Shown piece by piece: positions 28,178-39,800 of a stretch of DNA of 64,000 bases. The notes beneath the pieces were generated by a model, which searched no databases, was not told the DNA's origin, and saw only the letters and a list, made by a program, of their open reading frames with translations. Both the position numbers and the translations under genes were made by a program. The first letter of the stretch is position 1. The number at the start of each line of letters is the position of its first letter. Source of the DNA: Thermoplasmatota archaeon (lineage in GTDB: Archaea > Thermoplasmatota > E2 > DHVEG-1); assembly GCA_041550515.1 (NCBI GenBank), contig JBFEOQ010000001.1, forward strand, positions 50,998-114,997, given 5' to 3'.

Positions 28178-29218
28178 TTATTTTATATTCAATTTTGGAA
28201 AAAGAAACAATTTATTATCTACTTTTATTACTTGAATTTTTTCTGTTTTATATTCAATCTCCTTTGGTTTTTTAACAATATGTATATCATAAGTTTTTTC
28301 ATCCATCAACTGTAATTCATCATTTCTCTGACTAACTATAATCATATCTAATAATAAGTTTTGACCACCTAGTATTCTAGCTTTTTCTAATTTTTTTGGA
28401 TTGACTGAAGTTTCCTCCAAAGTCGATAAATTTATTATTTTTACTTTATTTGAATGTAGTTTTTTTATTTGATAATAATTATCTTCAATTTGTATAAAAT
28501 CTCCTTTTTTGTATGAAGGAATTCTAACTAAATAAGTCATCTTATATACTTGTTTACTATCCTTCATCCCTATATTTGTTGATGACTGTTTAATATAACC
28601 ACCATATTTATCTAAAAGCATTTTTGAAATATTAAATGCTGCATTTTTATCACTTATATAAAAATCTAATCCACCATGTTCTTCTGCAATATCTGCTATA
28701 AAAAGAGCTCTATTTCCTTTTATTTGCATGCTTTCAACTACAGATATAACTGTTGTCTTTATATTATTAAGTTCTTCTTTAGAAAACTTACGCTTTTCTG
28801 TTCTTACTTGTATTATTGCTTCATGATATCCGCCAAATTGTCTCGAACATACTTCACAAATTTTCTTTTTAAGTCGAACAAGTAAATTATGTTGTTCATT
28901 GATTTCTTTTTCTTCTATTAAACCTGAAATATGTACTATGCATTCTAGACCCTGTGATGACTTATTATTTTCTATAGTTATATTGACTTTTTGTAGCTCA
29001 TTACTAATTTTAAAATTATTTTTTACAATTCTTTGTAGAATATCCTCTAAAAGATCATTCGTCCAAATATTTTTATATTTGTATCCTTGGCAGTTTACAC
29101 ATACAGATAAATCTAATGTTTCTGAACCTTTTGAAAATTTTTTATTCTTAAGGTAACATTTTAGACATACACCATCTTTGTATATTTCGTCCTCAATTCC
29201 ACATTCAACACAAAACAT
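28178..29218 (-). CDS. NMD3-family protein (archaeal homolog of the 60S export adaptor)
   Basis: N-terminal double CxxC zinc module (CVECG...CLKCY...CVNCQG), then OB-like domains; 346 aa. Confidence 0.55.
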   Translation of the reverse strand: MFCVECGIEDEIYKDGVCLKCYLKNKKFSKGSETLDLSVCVNCQGYKYKNIWTNDLLEDILQRIVKNNFKISNELQKVNITIENNKSSQGLECIVHISGLIEEKEINEQHNLLVRLKKKICEVCSRQFGGYHEAIIQVRTEKRKFSKEELNNIKTTVISVVESMQIKGNRALFIADIAEEHGGLDFYISDKNAAFNISKMLLDKYGGYIKQSSTNIGMKDSKQVYKMTYLVRIPSYKKGDFIQIEDNYYQIKKLHSNKVKIINLSTLEETSVNPKKLEKARILGGQNLLLDMIIVSQRNDELQLMDEKTYDIHIVKKPKEIEYKTEKIQVIKVDNKLFLFPKLNIK

Positions 29219-29301
29219 AATTTGATACCATTTTTAATAGGATTATATAATCCGTATATTATAAGTATTGAGGTTGTAATATCAGGTTAAGTGATTTTAT
29301 T

Positions 29302-29796
29302 TTGGCTAATATTAGAACCGCTTCGTTTAAAGATTTAAAAGGAATAACAAAAATTTATAACCAGATGATTCTCAATACGGTTGCAACTTTTGATATCGAA
29401 CCGAAAACTTTTAAGGAGCAAAAGAAATGGTTTAAAGAACATGGAGGTAAATATCCAATAATTGTTGCAGAAATTGATAAAGAAATAGTTGGTTTCGCAT
29501 CACTTAGTAAATATTCTATTCGTTGTGCATATTCAGATACAGCAGAATTATCAGTTTATGTGAAAGAAGAATATCAAGGAAAAGGTATTGGAAAAAAGTT
29601 AGTTAAAGAAATTGTTGAAGAAGGAGAGAAAACAGGTCTTCATGCAATAATTTCAAGGATTGTAAATGGTAATAAAAAAAGTATTTATCTACATGAAATT
29701 GTAGGTTTTAAATACATTGGAACATTAAAAGAAGTTGGATATAAATTTAATAGATTATTAGATGTTTATCTGATGGAAAAAATTTTAAAAAAATAG
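29302..29796 (+). CDS. GNAT family N-acetyltransferase
   Basis: 164 aa. Acetyl-CoA motif QGKGIGKKLV. Confidence 0.7.
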   Translation: MANIRTASFKDLKGITKIYNQMILNTVATFDIEPKTFKEQKKWFKEHGGKYPIIVAEIDKEIVGFASLSKYSIRCAYSDTAELSVYVKEEYQGKGIGKKLVKEIVEEGEKTGLHAIISRIVNGNKKSIYLHEIVGFKYIGTLKEVGYKFNRLLDVYLMEKILKK

Positions 29797-29801
29797 TTTT
29801 T

Positions 29802-30392
29802 TTATTTTTTTATTTCTTTAAATCCTAGTTCAAATGCTTTTTTGTTTATATCTATATATTTCCCTGGGACACTTTCAAGAATAGCCTCAAGTAAAATATT
29901 TGGTTTAAAAGGTAAAACATCTATTCCTGCAAGAGCACCTAACATAACTACATTTTTTGTAATTTCAGCACCTGCTTCTTTTGCCAATTTTACTGCATCA
30001 ATTTTGTATAGTTTCCCATATTTTTTAAGTTCTTTGAAGATTGTTTCAAGTTCAGGATATTTTTCATCACCTGTAGCTACGGTAAAAGGAATAATTGGTA
30101 TTATATCTGTTATAATCTTAGTTTCTTTATTTGTATAATTAATGTAGCGTAATGCTTCAGAAGGCTCCATGCTAAGAACCGCGTTTGCAGAACCATTTGG
30201 GATAAGTGGTCCAGATACATCTCCTAGTCTTACAGTACAATTTACGCTTCCTCCACGTTGTGCCATACCATGGACTTCTGAGACAAATACATTAATATCA
30301 GCATTAACTGCTGCTTTTCCAAGAATTTTTGCAGCAGTAATGACACCTTGACCACCAACACCAGTTAATAATATGTTTATTTTTTCTTTCAT
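29802..30392 (-). CDS. iorB: indolepyruvate:ferredoxin oxidoreductase subunit beta
   Basis: LTGVGGQGVITAAKILG. 4-nt overlap with iorA. Confidence 0.75.
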   Translation of the reverse strand: MKEKINILLTGVGGQGVITAAKILGKAAVNADINVFVSEVHGMAQRGGSVNCTVRLGDVSGPLIPNGSANAVLSMEPSEALRYINYTNKETKIITDIIPIIPFTVATGDEKYPELETIFKELKKYGKLYKIDAVKLAKEAGAEITKNVVMLGALAGIDVLPFKPNILLEAILESVPGKYIDINKKAFELGFKEIKK

Positions 30393-32266
30393 TTCTTTTC
30401 TTCTCCTTTATATATTGCTCCAAAAGGACAAATTGTTGCACAGTTACCACAGCCATTACACTGTTGCTCATCAATTTGTATAATGTCATCTTTACCAAAG
30501 TAGATTGCAGGACAACCGAATTTACCTATACAAGTTTTACATCTACGACATATTTCTTGATTTATTTGATAAAATGATATTTTTTCACCACGTTTAATTT
30601 TATTTCTATTCTCAAGAAGAATACAAGGGGATTTACTGACAATAACTGATGTGCCTTTAAAGTCCAATGCTCTTTTAAATGCCTCGGTGGTCTCTTTAAT
30701 ATTATTTGGATCTACAATTTCAACATTTTCTACACCACAACCTTTGCAGACATCCTCAACAATTATTTTTTTTGCAGGTCGACCCATGCCATCAAAATCT
30801 GTACCTGGATGAGGTTGATGACCTGTCATTGCAGTAGTTCTGTTATCAAGAATAGTTATAACTACGTCATGCTTATGATGAACTGCATTAACAACTGGTG
30901 GAATACCTGAATGGAAAAAGGTGCTATCGCCCATAAAACTAATTATTTTTTTATCTGTTGCAACAGCTAGACCACAAGCAGTACCTGCGTTACTACCCAT
31001 GCATAGAAGAAGATCTGCCATTTCAAGTGGTTTAGCCCGTCCAAGAGTATAACATCCGATATCTGTTGGATAAATAACATCTTTAGGTTGGGCTTTCTTT
31101 GCGGCATAATATGTTGCACGATGTGGACAACCTGGGCAAAGGGCTGGAGGTCTACTAGGAAGTTTTACTTCACTTATTTTTGGATTTATATATGGATTTT
31201 TTACTTTGAATATTTTAGAAAAAGCCTCTGCTACAATATCTGGGGTATATTCAAATAAACGAGAGAAATGACCTGAAGATTTATCATAGAATTCCACTTT
31301 AGCATTTAATTTATATGCAATAACCTTTAATTGGTTTTCTAAAATAGGTTCAAGTTCCTCTACAATAATTATTTTTTTACAGGATTTAATGAAGCTTTCA
31401 CACATTTTTTTAGGTAAAGGATTACTCATTCCAATCTTTAAAATTCTAACATCAAGTTTCAACTCCTCTGCTACTTCTTTTACATAATTATATGAAACAC
31501 CAGATGTTATAATTCCCCAAACAGAAGTTTTCCCAATTTTTATTATTTTATTAAACTCTGATTTTTCACTTAATTTTTCTGCAATATTTAGCATTTTAAG
31601 TAGTTCAGGATGTCGAGCTCGAGCAATAGCTGGTGTTGTAACCCACATAGGATTTTTTTCAAAATGACCTATTTGTCGTGGTTTTTTTATTTTTTTAAGC
31701 TCTATACTACTACGAACATGATTAAGTCTTGTAGTAGTTCTTAGAAGTATTGGTGATTGAAGTTTTTCTGAGATTTCAAAACCAATTCTTGTCATCTCTT
31801 TTGCTTCATGCGGAGTTGAAGGTTCAAGCATTGGTGCTCCTCCGAAAAGCGCATAATAACGATTATCCTGCTCATTTTGTGATGAATGACAAGATGCATC
31901 ATCTGCTGAAATAATTATATGGCCGCCTCGACAACCTAGATACATATAGGTCATAAAAGTATCACTTGCCACATTTAAACCAACATGTTTCATACATGTT
32001 AGTGCTCTTAAGCCGGATATCGCTGCTGCACCTGCTACTTCAAGTGCTACTTTTTCGTTTACTGAATATTCGAAATAAAAGCCTGGATCTTTTTTTTGTT
32101 TAGTAAAATGTTTTGCAATATTAGAAAAAGTATCTGCAATTTCAGAGGAAGGTGTACCCGGATATGTTGTTACAGCATCTACTCCTGCTTCTATTGCTCC
32201 ACGGGTTATTGCTTCGTTTCCAAGAAGAAGTATTTTCTCACCAGGTTTATTTTTTATTATTTCCAT
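30389..32266 (-). CDS. iorA: indolepyruvate:ferredoxin oxidoreductase subunit alpha
   Basis: LLGNEAITRGAIEAGV, TPP-binding domain, C-terminal two 4Fe-4S Cys clusters. Confidence 0.85.
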   Translation of the reverse strand: MEIIKNKPGEKILLLGNEAITRGAIEAGVDAVTTYPGTPSSEIADTFSNIAKHFTKQKKDPGFYFEYSVNEKVALEVAGAAAISGLRALTCMKHVGLNVASDTFMTYMYLGCRGGHIIISADDASCHSSQNEQDNRYYALFGGAPMLEPSTPHEAKEMTRIGFEISEKLQSPILLRTTTRLNHVRSSIELKKIKKPRQIGHFEKNPMWVTTPAIARARHPELLKMLNIAEKLSEKSEFNKIIKIGKTSVWGIITSGVSYNYVKEVAEELKLDVRILKIGMSNPLPKKMCESFIKSCKKIIIVEELEPILENQLKVIAYKLNAKVEFYDKSSGHFSRLFEYTPDIVAEAFSKIFKVKNPYINPKISEVKLPSRPPALCPGCPHRATYYAAKKAQPKDVIYPTDIGCYTLGRAKPLEMADLLLCMGSNAGTACGLAVATDKKIISFMGDSTFFHSGIPPVVNAVHHKHDVVITILDNRTTAMTGHQPHPGTDFDGMGRPAKKIIVEDVCKGCGVENVEIVDPNNIKETTEAFKRALDFKGTSVIVSKSPCILLENRNKIKRGEKISFYQINQEICRRCKTCIGKFGCPAIYFGKDDIIQIDEQQCNGCGNCATICPFGAIYKGEEKK

Positions 32267-32499
32267 TTTTTCAACCCCAGTATAAGTAGTTTAAATAACA
32301 GTAGTACCGGAGCATGGTAAAAGAGTGAAGCATATAAAATTATCTGAATCATATGGAGAAAAAAGAGTAAAACTTTTATAAAATATTATACTTTTAATGT
32401 AATAAGATTGGTTGGTTTGTCGAAAGATTTATAAATGAAAACTTGGTTCTAATCGAGACTAAAAAAATAAATCAAAGATAAAAACGGAGAGGAAAAATT

Positions 32500-32802
32500 A
32501 TGACAGAAAAAGTTATTAATCCAGACGAAAACACAATATTTGTTGGAAACAAACCACCAATGAGCTATGTACTTGCTGTAGTTACACAGTTCAACGGAGG
32601 GTCTGATGAAGTAATAATTAAAGCCCGTGGCAGAGCAATTAGCCGCGCGGTAGATACTGCAGAAATAGTTAGAAACAGATTTGTGCAAAACGCAAAGGTA
32701 AAAGATATTAAAATTGGAACAGAGAGCATTACAAACGAAGAGGGGCGCAATTCGAACGTTTCTTCTATAGAAATATCTTTAACAACAAAGAAAAAGGCCT
32801 AG
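32500..32802 (+). CDS. albA: DNA/RNA-binding protein Alba
   Basis: 100 aa. [24 protein letters not shown] motif. Confidence 0.85.
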   Translation: MTEKVINPDENTIFVGNKPPMSYVLAVVTQFNGGSDEVIIKARGRAISRAVDTAEIVRNRFVQNAKVKDIKIGTESITNEEGRNSNVSSIEISLTTKKKA

Positions 32803-32811
32803 AAAAAAACT

Positions 32812-32885
32812 GATACAACGACTTTGCATTTAAATTCAAAAAAATCGATAAGCAATAGTGTTGTATCTTTCTTTTTATTTTTGTT
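32812..32885 (+). terminator. hairpin (GATACAAC ... GTTGTATC) followed by T-rich run after alba
   Basis: 8-bp arms at 32812-32819 and 32860-32867, then tttctttttattttt. Confidence 0.3.
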
Positions 32886-32967
32886 TAAATTTAATAATAT
32901 TTTAATTATTTAGATAAAGCAAAATGATTTAAATCTTAAAATATATTCACCTTGCCTGTTGATAGGG

Positions 32968-34587
32968 ATGGTTAATTATATTATTGTAACAGGCGGGGTT
33001 ATTTCTGGTTTGGGTAAAGGAATTACAACCGCTTCAATCGGTAAGATTCTGCAACTTCATGGGTACAATGTTACAGCAATAAAAATAGATCCATATATGA
33101 ATTTTGATGCAGGAACTCTTAGACCTACTGAACATGGAGAAGTCTGGGTTACTGAAGATGGTGGAGAAATTGACCAAGATTTAGGACATTACGAACGTTT
33201 TTTAGATATAAACATCTCCAAATTACAAAATATTACCACAGGACAGGTTTACAATGCTGTAATAAATAAGGAACGTAAAGGTAAGTATCTTGGAAAAACT
33301 GTACAACCTATACCTCATGTTACTGATGAAATTAAAGAGAGAATTCGTTTTCCTGCAAGCCAACATAATTTAGATTTTGTATTAGTGGAAATTGGTGGTA
33401 CTGTTGGTGATTATGAAAACGTTTTATTTTTAGAAGCTGTTCGTCAGATGAAACATGAAGGGGATAAGGTTATTTTTATTCATGTGACATATGTTCCTAT
33501 GCTTGATGCTCTTGGTGAAGCAAAAACTAAGCCTACTCAACATTCTGTAAAATTACTTCGTGAAATAGGTATAATGCCTGATTTTATAATTACACGTTCA
33601 GAAAAAGCTTTGGATAATGTCCGAAGAAAGAAAATTGCTATGTTCTGTAATGTATCTGAGGAGGATGTTATCAGTAATGAAGATGTTGATAATATTTATG
33701 AGGTTAGTTTGTTATTTGAAAAGCAAAATCTTTGTAGGAAAATATTAAAAAAACTGAATTTAAGAAAAGATAAGAATAATCTTGAAGAGTGGGAAAAATT
33801 TATAAAAAAAATTAGTAGATTAAAAAATACAGTACAAATTGGTATTGTTGGTAAGTATTTTGATATTGGTACCTCACAACTCTCTGATAGTTATATTAGT
33901 GTAATAGAAGCTGTAAAGCATGCTTCATGGAATAACAATCTTATACCTGAGATTAAATGGATTGATTCAAAATCATTTGAAGTTGATCCAGTTAAACTGT
34001 CTAGTCTTGATGAATTAGATGGAGTTATTGTTCCAGGTGGTTTTGGTAATTCTGGTATAGATGGAAAAATTGCTACTATTCGTTATTGCCGCGAAAAAGG
34101 TATACCTTTTCTAGGTCTTTGTCTTGGTATGCAACTAGCTGTTGTAGAATATTCTAGAAATGCATGTGATTTAAGTAATGCTCACTCTACTGAATTTGAT
34201 AAAAAAACACCGCATCCTGTAATTGATTTTATTCCAGATCAAGTTAAAATTTTACAAGAATCTAGATATGGAGCAACTATGCGACTTGGTGCATATCCTG
34301 CAAATATTAAAAAAGATACAATTATTTTTAAACTCTATGATTCTGTAAAGGTTTCAGAACGTCATCGTCATAGATATGAAGTAAATCCTCAATATGTTGA
34401 AAAACTTGAATCATGTGGACTTATTTTCCCGGGGAGAAGTCCAGATGGCATATTAATGGAATTTATTGAATTACCAAATCATCCTTATTTTGTTGGTACC
34501 CAGGCTCATCCCGAGTTTAAATCTCGTCCCTTAAAACCAGCGCCTTTGTTTGATGGATTTATTAAAGCAGCTAAAAAAAGAGCTTAG
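32968..34587 (+). CDS. pyrG: CTP synthase
   Basis: YIIVTGGVISGLGKG. Glutamine amidotransferase GLCLGMQ...H..E. ORF track starts at TTG 32959; the ATG at 32968 is likely the start. Confidence 0.9.
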   Translation: MVNYIIVTGGVISGLGKGITTASIGKILQLHGYNVTAIKIDPYMNFDAGTLRPTEHGEVWVTEDGGEIDQDLGHYERFLDINISKLQNITTGQVYNAVINKERKGKYLGKTVQPIPHVTDEIKERIRFPASQHNLDFVLVEIGGTVGDYENVLFLEAVRQMKHEGDKVIFIHVTYVPMLDALGEAKTKPTQHSVKLLREIGIMPDFIITRSEKALDNVRRKKIAMFCNVSEEDVISNEDVDNIYEVSLLFEKQNLCRKILKKLNLRKDKNNLEEWEKFIKKISRLKNTVQIGIVGKYFDIGTSQLSDSYISVIEAVKHASWNNNLIPEIKWIDSKSFEVDPVKLSSLDELDGVIVPGGFGNSGIDGKIATIRYCREKGIPFLGLCLGMQLAVVEYSRNACDLSNAHSTEFDKKTPHPVIDFIPDQVKILQESRYGATMRLGAYPANIKKDTIIFKLYDSVKVSERHRHRYEVNPQYVEKLESCGLIFPGRSPDGILMEFIELPNHPYFVGTQAHPEFKSRPLKPAPLFDGFIKAAKKRA

Positions 34588-35980
34588 ATATTTCCATATT
34601 TTTACTTTTTAAGTATTCATCGATGGTTCTTGCGGCTTTTTTACCGGCACCCATTGCAAGAATTACTGTTGCAGCCCCAGTAGCAATATCTCCTCCTGCG
34701 AAAACACCTGGAACTGTTGTTCTACCGTTTTCATCAGTTTTAAGATTTCCCCATTTTTCAGTTTCCAACTCTTTAAAGGATTGTGGAACGAGAGGGTTTG
34801 GACTCTGACCTATTGCTACAAGAGCTGTATCAATATCGATTGTGAACTCCGAATTCTCAATCGGAACAGGTCGCCTTCTTCCAGATTCATCAGGTTCTCC
34901 GAGCTCCATTTTTTTACATTTAACAGCCTTAACTTTTCCTTTTTCATCTCCTATAAATTCAATGGGATTTGTTAAAAGTTTGAATATTACTCCTTCTTCC
35001 TTTGCATGATGTATTTCCTCATTTCTTGCAGGCATTTCATTTTCAGTACGTCTGTAAATAAGATAGGATTTTTTTGCACCCATTCTAAGTGCTGTACGAG
35101 CACAATCCATTGCAACATTTCCTGCACCAAAAGTAGCTGCTTTATCACCAACAGTACAAGGAGTACAATGATTTGGAAAATCATATGCTTTCATCATATT
35201 TACTCTAGTAAGAAACTCATTTGCACTATATACACCATCAAGACTTTCTCCAGGAACATTAAGCCATCTTGGAAGACCAGCTCCAGTACCAATAAATACT
35301 GCATTATATTCTTTTAACAATTCTTGAACAGTTATTGTCTTTCCAACAACTACATCATAATTGATTTCTACACCAAGTTTTTTTATATAATCAACTTCAG
35401 CGTGAACAATTGCTTTTGGTAAACGAAATTCAGGAATGCCATACATTAAAACACCACCCGGTGCATGAAGTGCCTCAAAGACTACAACCTTATGACCTAA
35501 CTTGGCTAAATCACCAGCACAAGTAAGACCAGCAGGACCAGCGCCAACAATTGCAACTTTCTTACCAGTAGGTTTTGCAATATTAGGAATTTTTACTCCT
35601 TTGTTTCTTTCATAATCAGCAATAAATCTTTCAAGTCGTCCAATTCCAACAGGTTCACCAATCTTTATAAGAGTACATTTACCTTCACACTGATTTTCAT
35701 AAGGGCAAACACGCCCACAAACTGCAGGAAGACTACTTTTTGATTTTATGATTTCAGCTGCTTTATCAAAATTTCCATCAGCAATCTCCTTGATAAACTC
35801 CGGGATATCAATTTCAACAGGACATCCTTCAGTACAGGGTTTATTTTTACATTGAAGACAACGCTTAGCTTCTTCAATAGCTATTTCAGGTTGATAACCA
35901 AATGGGACTTCGTCAAAATTCTTAATACGCTTCTTTGGATCCTGTTCAGGCATCTTGTACTTTTCTTTTTTAACAGCCAT
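34571..35980 (-). CDS. nfnB: GltD-like NADPH-dependent flavoprotein (NfnB/SudA/glutamate-synthase-small-subunit family)
   Basis: N-terminal 2x[4Fe-4S] Cys motifs, FAD/NAD Rossmann folds (VAIVGAGPAG, FAGGD). Confidence 0.75.
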   Translation of the reverse strand: MAVKKEKYKMPEQDPKKRIKNFDEVPFGYQPEIAIEEAKRCLQCKNKPCTEGCPVEIDIPEFIKEIADGNFDKAAEIIKSKSSLPAVCGRVCPYENQCEGKCTLIKIGEPVGIGRLERFIADYERNKGVKIPNIAKPTGKKVAIVGAGPAGLTCAGDLAKLGHKVVVFEALHAPGGVLMYGIPEFRLPKAIVHAEVDYIKKLGVEINYDVVVGKTITVQELLKEYNAVFIGTGAGLPRWLNVPGESLDGVYSANEFLTRVNMMKAYDFPNHCTPCTVGDKAATFGAGNVAMDCARTALRMGAKKSYLIYRRTENEMPARNEEIHHAKEEGVIFKLLTNPIEFIGDEKGKVKAVKCKKMELGEPDESGRRRPVPIENSEFTIDIDTALVAIGQSPNPLVPQSFKELETEKWGNLKTDENGRTTVPGVFAGGDIATGAATVILAMGAGKKAARTIDEYLKSKNMEISKLFF

Positions 35981-36808
35981 CTATAGTTCAACTCCCGCAA
36001 CCTTACAAGCATGCTCCTCTTCTTTTAAAAACCGTTTATTTCTTAGCATTAAGTTTTCAAAATCAACTTTATGTCCATCAAATTCAGGTCCATCAACACA
36101 GGCGAATTTAATCTCGTCGTTTACAGTTACACGACAGCCGCCACACATGCCTGTACCATCAACCATAATTGGATTTAGACTAACAATTGTTTTAATATCA
36201 TATTTTCTGGTAAGATCAGCCACAACCTTCATCATAATTACGGGGCCAATTGCCCAAACAATATCGATTAGGGTTCCTTTGTCAATCAAGTTTTGTAAAA
36301 CATTGCTTACAAAACCTTTAGTTCCTTTTGATCCATCATCAGTACAAATATGAAGTTCATCGCTCCATTCCTCGATCTCTTTTTCAAGCATTAGAAGTTT
36401 TTCATTTCTTGCACCAAGAATGCTAATAACATAATTACCAGCTTTTTTCAATTCTCTTATTACTGGGTAAAGTGGTGCTATACCAACACCGCCACCTATA
36501 CAAACAATAGTTCCATATTTTTCAATTTCAGATGCAACACCCAGAGGTCCTGCAAAATTTAGAATTTTTTCTCCTACCTTCATTATTCCCAGTTGTTTTG
36601 TAGTTTTACCCACTTCCATAAAAATTATTGTAATAGTGCCTTTCTTTCTGTCGTAATCGGCAATAGTAAGTGGAATCCTTTCTCCATTTTCATCGATTCT
36701 TAAGATAATAAACTGACCAGCTTCAGCTTTTTTTGCAACAAGCGGTGCTTTAATTTTCATGAGTTTAACATTATCTGACAATACTTGTTTTTCCAATATT
36801 TCGTACAT
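35981..36808 (-). CDS. nfnA: NfnA/SudB-like electron-transfer subunit (PyrK fold, 2Fe-2S)
   Basis: FAD/NAD-binding ferredoxin-reductase fold. C-terminal CGGCRV cluster motif. Abuts the partner gene with no spacer. Confidence 0.75.
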   Translation of the reverse strand: MYEILEKQVLSDNVKLMKIKAPLVAKKAEAGQFIILRIDENGERIPLTIADYDRKKGTITIIFMEVGKTTKQLGIMKVGEKILNFAGPLGVASEIEKYGTIVCIGGGVGIAPLYPVIRELKKAGNYVISILGARNEKLLMLEKEIEEWSDELHICTDDGSKGTKGFVSNVLQNLIDKGTLIDIVWAIGPVIMMKVVADLTRKYDIKTIVSLNPIMVDGTGMCGGCRVTVNDEIKFACVDGPEFDGHKVDFENLMLRNKRFLKEEEHACKVAGVEL

Positions 36809-36887
36809 AATTTTCCCGCCTCAAAATGGTTTATTGCGGTTACCTGTATTTTGGAGAGTTTTTAAAAGTTTCTGATAGAAGAAAAAC

Positions 36888-39800
36888 TTAATCATATTTT
36901 AGAACTAAAGCATGTCCTGTTCTTCCATTAAATTTAATAACAAGTGGTTTTTCAAGTCTAATATGTTTTACATAATCAAGTTCAATTTCAGCTTTTTGAT
37001 AATTTAGCCATTCCCAATCGATAAAACTTTCACGAGGATTTAACGTCGTATTTATATATCCAATTCCTCGCGAAATTATATTTTGGAAGAAATGTGTTCC
37101 TTGTGTTGGTTTTATATTAAAATTTTTAAGAGCGGTTTCAACCATAACTTTAACATTTGAAATTTGACTCCAGGTAACAGGTATGCCTAACCATTTATCT
37201 TGAGTCCCCCATCGACCGGGACCAATTAAAATGTAATGAGTTTGCTTTTCTACTAATTTCCTGTTTATTTTACCAATTTGATCTGCAATTTTAATAGTTT
37301 GTGATGAATCAAATGAATTGGGTGGGACATATATAATATCATGAATGAAATTAAATAAACCATTACCAAGAGACTTAGTAGAATGGATTAGTACGTTTTC
37401 TTTTCTGGTTTCTTTTTCATGCCATGTAATATGATCCTGTTCTTGAGAAATAATAAGGGGCCTAATCTGTATAATTGCAAATGTTGGAGGTTTTTTATTA
37501 TTGGGATCGATGTCTACTGCAAATTCAATTTCTACTGGATTTCCCATACTTTTTTGTCCTGCCTCAAGAATATCTTTCAAAATTTTTGCAAGGGGAAAAG
37601 TATTGAATTTAAGAATTCCTGCAAAAGTTATAAGATGCGGACCCTTTTTTGAAAAACTATCTCTTATCATGTGGTCATCTCTATCATAACTACTTGCAAT
37701 ATTATCAAGAACACCATCAACTACAATATCAGATATACTAATTTTTTCCAAAGTACTTTTTTCTTTCTCTGTAAGGGAAAAATTCTGCTTTTTTGTATTT
37801 AAAATATATAATTCACGTTGAGTATTTTCCATTATCATTTCAGGAGTTGAAAAGTCAGGTATAATTTCTGGATGATTTGGAGAAAATCTTAGGACTTTTT
37901 CACCTCCTACAACTGAATAACCAAGCCCAACTGCAACACTCACTATCCCCTCCTCTCTTCTTTGATATGAAACAGGATAATAATTGTAAGATTGTGCAAC
38001 TCCTGAAAAAGTTGGGTAAAATCTACCATCATAATTGCTACCTATCAATTCTTGAATTATAACTGCCATTTTTTCTTCTTCAATTTTTGCCGAAGTTGAT
38101 TCGATGTATGCTTTTGCCTCTTTGTAAAAAACGGATGCATAAACAAGTTTTATCGCATTGTTTAAATGCTCTAGTCGTTTGTTAATATCCTTATTACTAT
38201 TTGGAAGCATATATGTTGAATACATACCAGCAAAAGGATAGTTCTGAGAATCTTCAAGAAGACTTGATGACCTTATTGCAAGCGGTTTCTTGAAGTGCTT
38301 TAAAACTATCGTGAGCTTTTGTTTTAAATCATTAGAGAGTTTCCCTTTAATAAAATGTTTTGCAATTTCACTATCGGGCATATCTTTATTGTTATTTACA
38401 AATGAGTAGAGCTTATTATCTGATATAAATCGATCAAATTCATCAGTACTAATAGCTACAGTACTTGGAACAGTTATTTTAATATCAGGGTATTTTTGAT
38501 GCAAGTTATAACGAGATAAAAGTGTTCTGATAAATGCAATTCCACGTCCTTTTCCACCAAGTGAATCCCCGCCTACCTTTGTATATGAGGAATCAAATTC
38601 GAATTTTTGATGAATTAAATCAGTCATTACACCTAAGTGTCTTTCTCGACGACTTTCATTAAAGACTGCGACTAAGTATTTTCTCATTTCATCAAGTGTT
38701 TGAAAATCTGTAACTTTTTGAGGTCTTAATTTTCTAGCAAGTTTGAATTCACCTCGAGCCATGAGCCAATTTGAAAAATTATTACGATTAGCATGGAACC
38801 TTATTGATTCGATAGGTAATTTTTTTAAAATTTTTTCAAATTCTTTCAAGTTTGATGCGCGTGCAATTTCCTTTGTTCGTTTATGGTTTTTTTTGTCTGT
38901 TACTCTATTTTTATCTTCATTTATTGGAAGTAGAAAAACAAAGTCTCCAAATCCTAGGTGTTCTAATAGAAATTGATCAAAATCTTGCATAAGTGTTGGT
39001 GAGTTTTTGTTTATGAAAAAAACGCCCATTTCTTCCACTGTTTCTCTATTTTTTGGATTAGTGGATTGTAGCATTGCGGGAACAAAAGGATTATCTTTTT
39101 TTACATATTGTATTAAATCATAGCCTGCTTTAGGATCAAGTTTTCCATTTCTAAAAAAGTTAACATCTGAAATAATTCCAAGAATATAATTTTTATATTT
39201 TTTATAAAGTTCAATTCCTTCTTCATAGTTATTTGCTAGTAATATTTTTGGTCTAGCTCTTCTTCGTAGTAATCTTTGCATTTCGTTTAAATCATCTGAA
39301 ATAGATCTTTGTGTTTGTTGTACGATTTCACTATATATTACCGGAAGCAGTGTTGAATAGTCATGTATTGAATCTTCGATAACAATTATTATCTGAACAT
39401 TACCATTTATGGTATCGTATTTTACATTGATCTGATCTTCAACATATTTTACAATTGCAATAAAAAGGCTAGTATCGCCGTACCAGAAAAATGCCTTATT
39501 AATTCCTTCTTCGTTAACATGCTCTTGACATGTATGCAAATCTGCTGTATCAGTAGCTAGAATTATTATAGGTAAATCGGGGCATTCTTTTTTTATTTTT
39601 TTACCAAAATCAAATGGATTCATTCCAATGTTTTTTGACATTGTTATGACAAGATCATATTTACGTGTTTTAACCTTAGAAAGGGCTTCATCACCTGATG
39701 TTACATGTGTAACTCGTGGTGGAGAACTAAGAAGTAGATGTCTATATTCCTCAATTACTAATTCTGATATAAGTCCTTCTTCTTCAACAATAAATGCATC

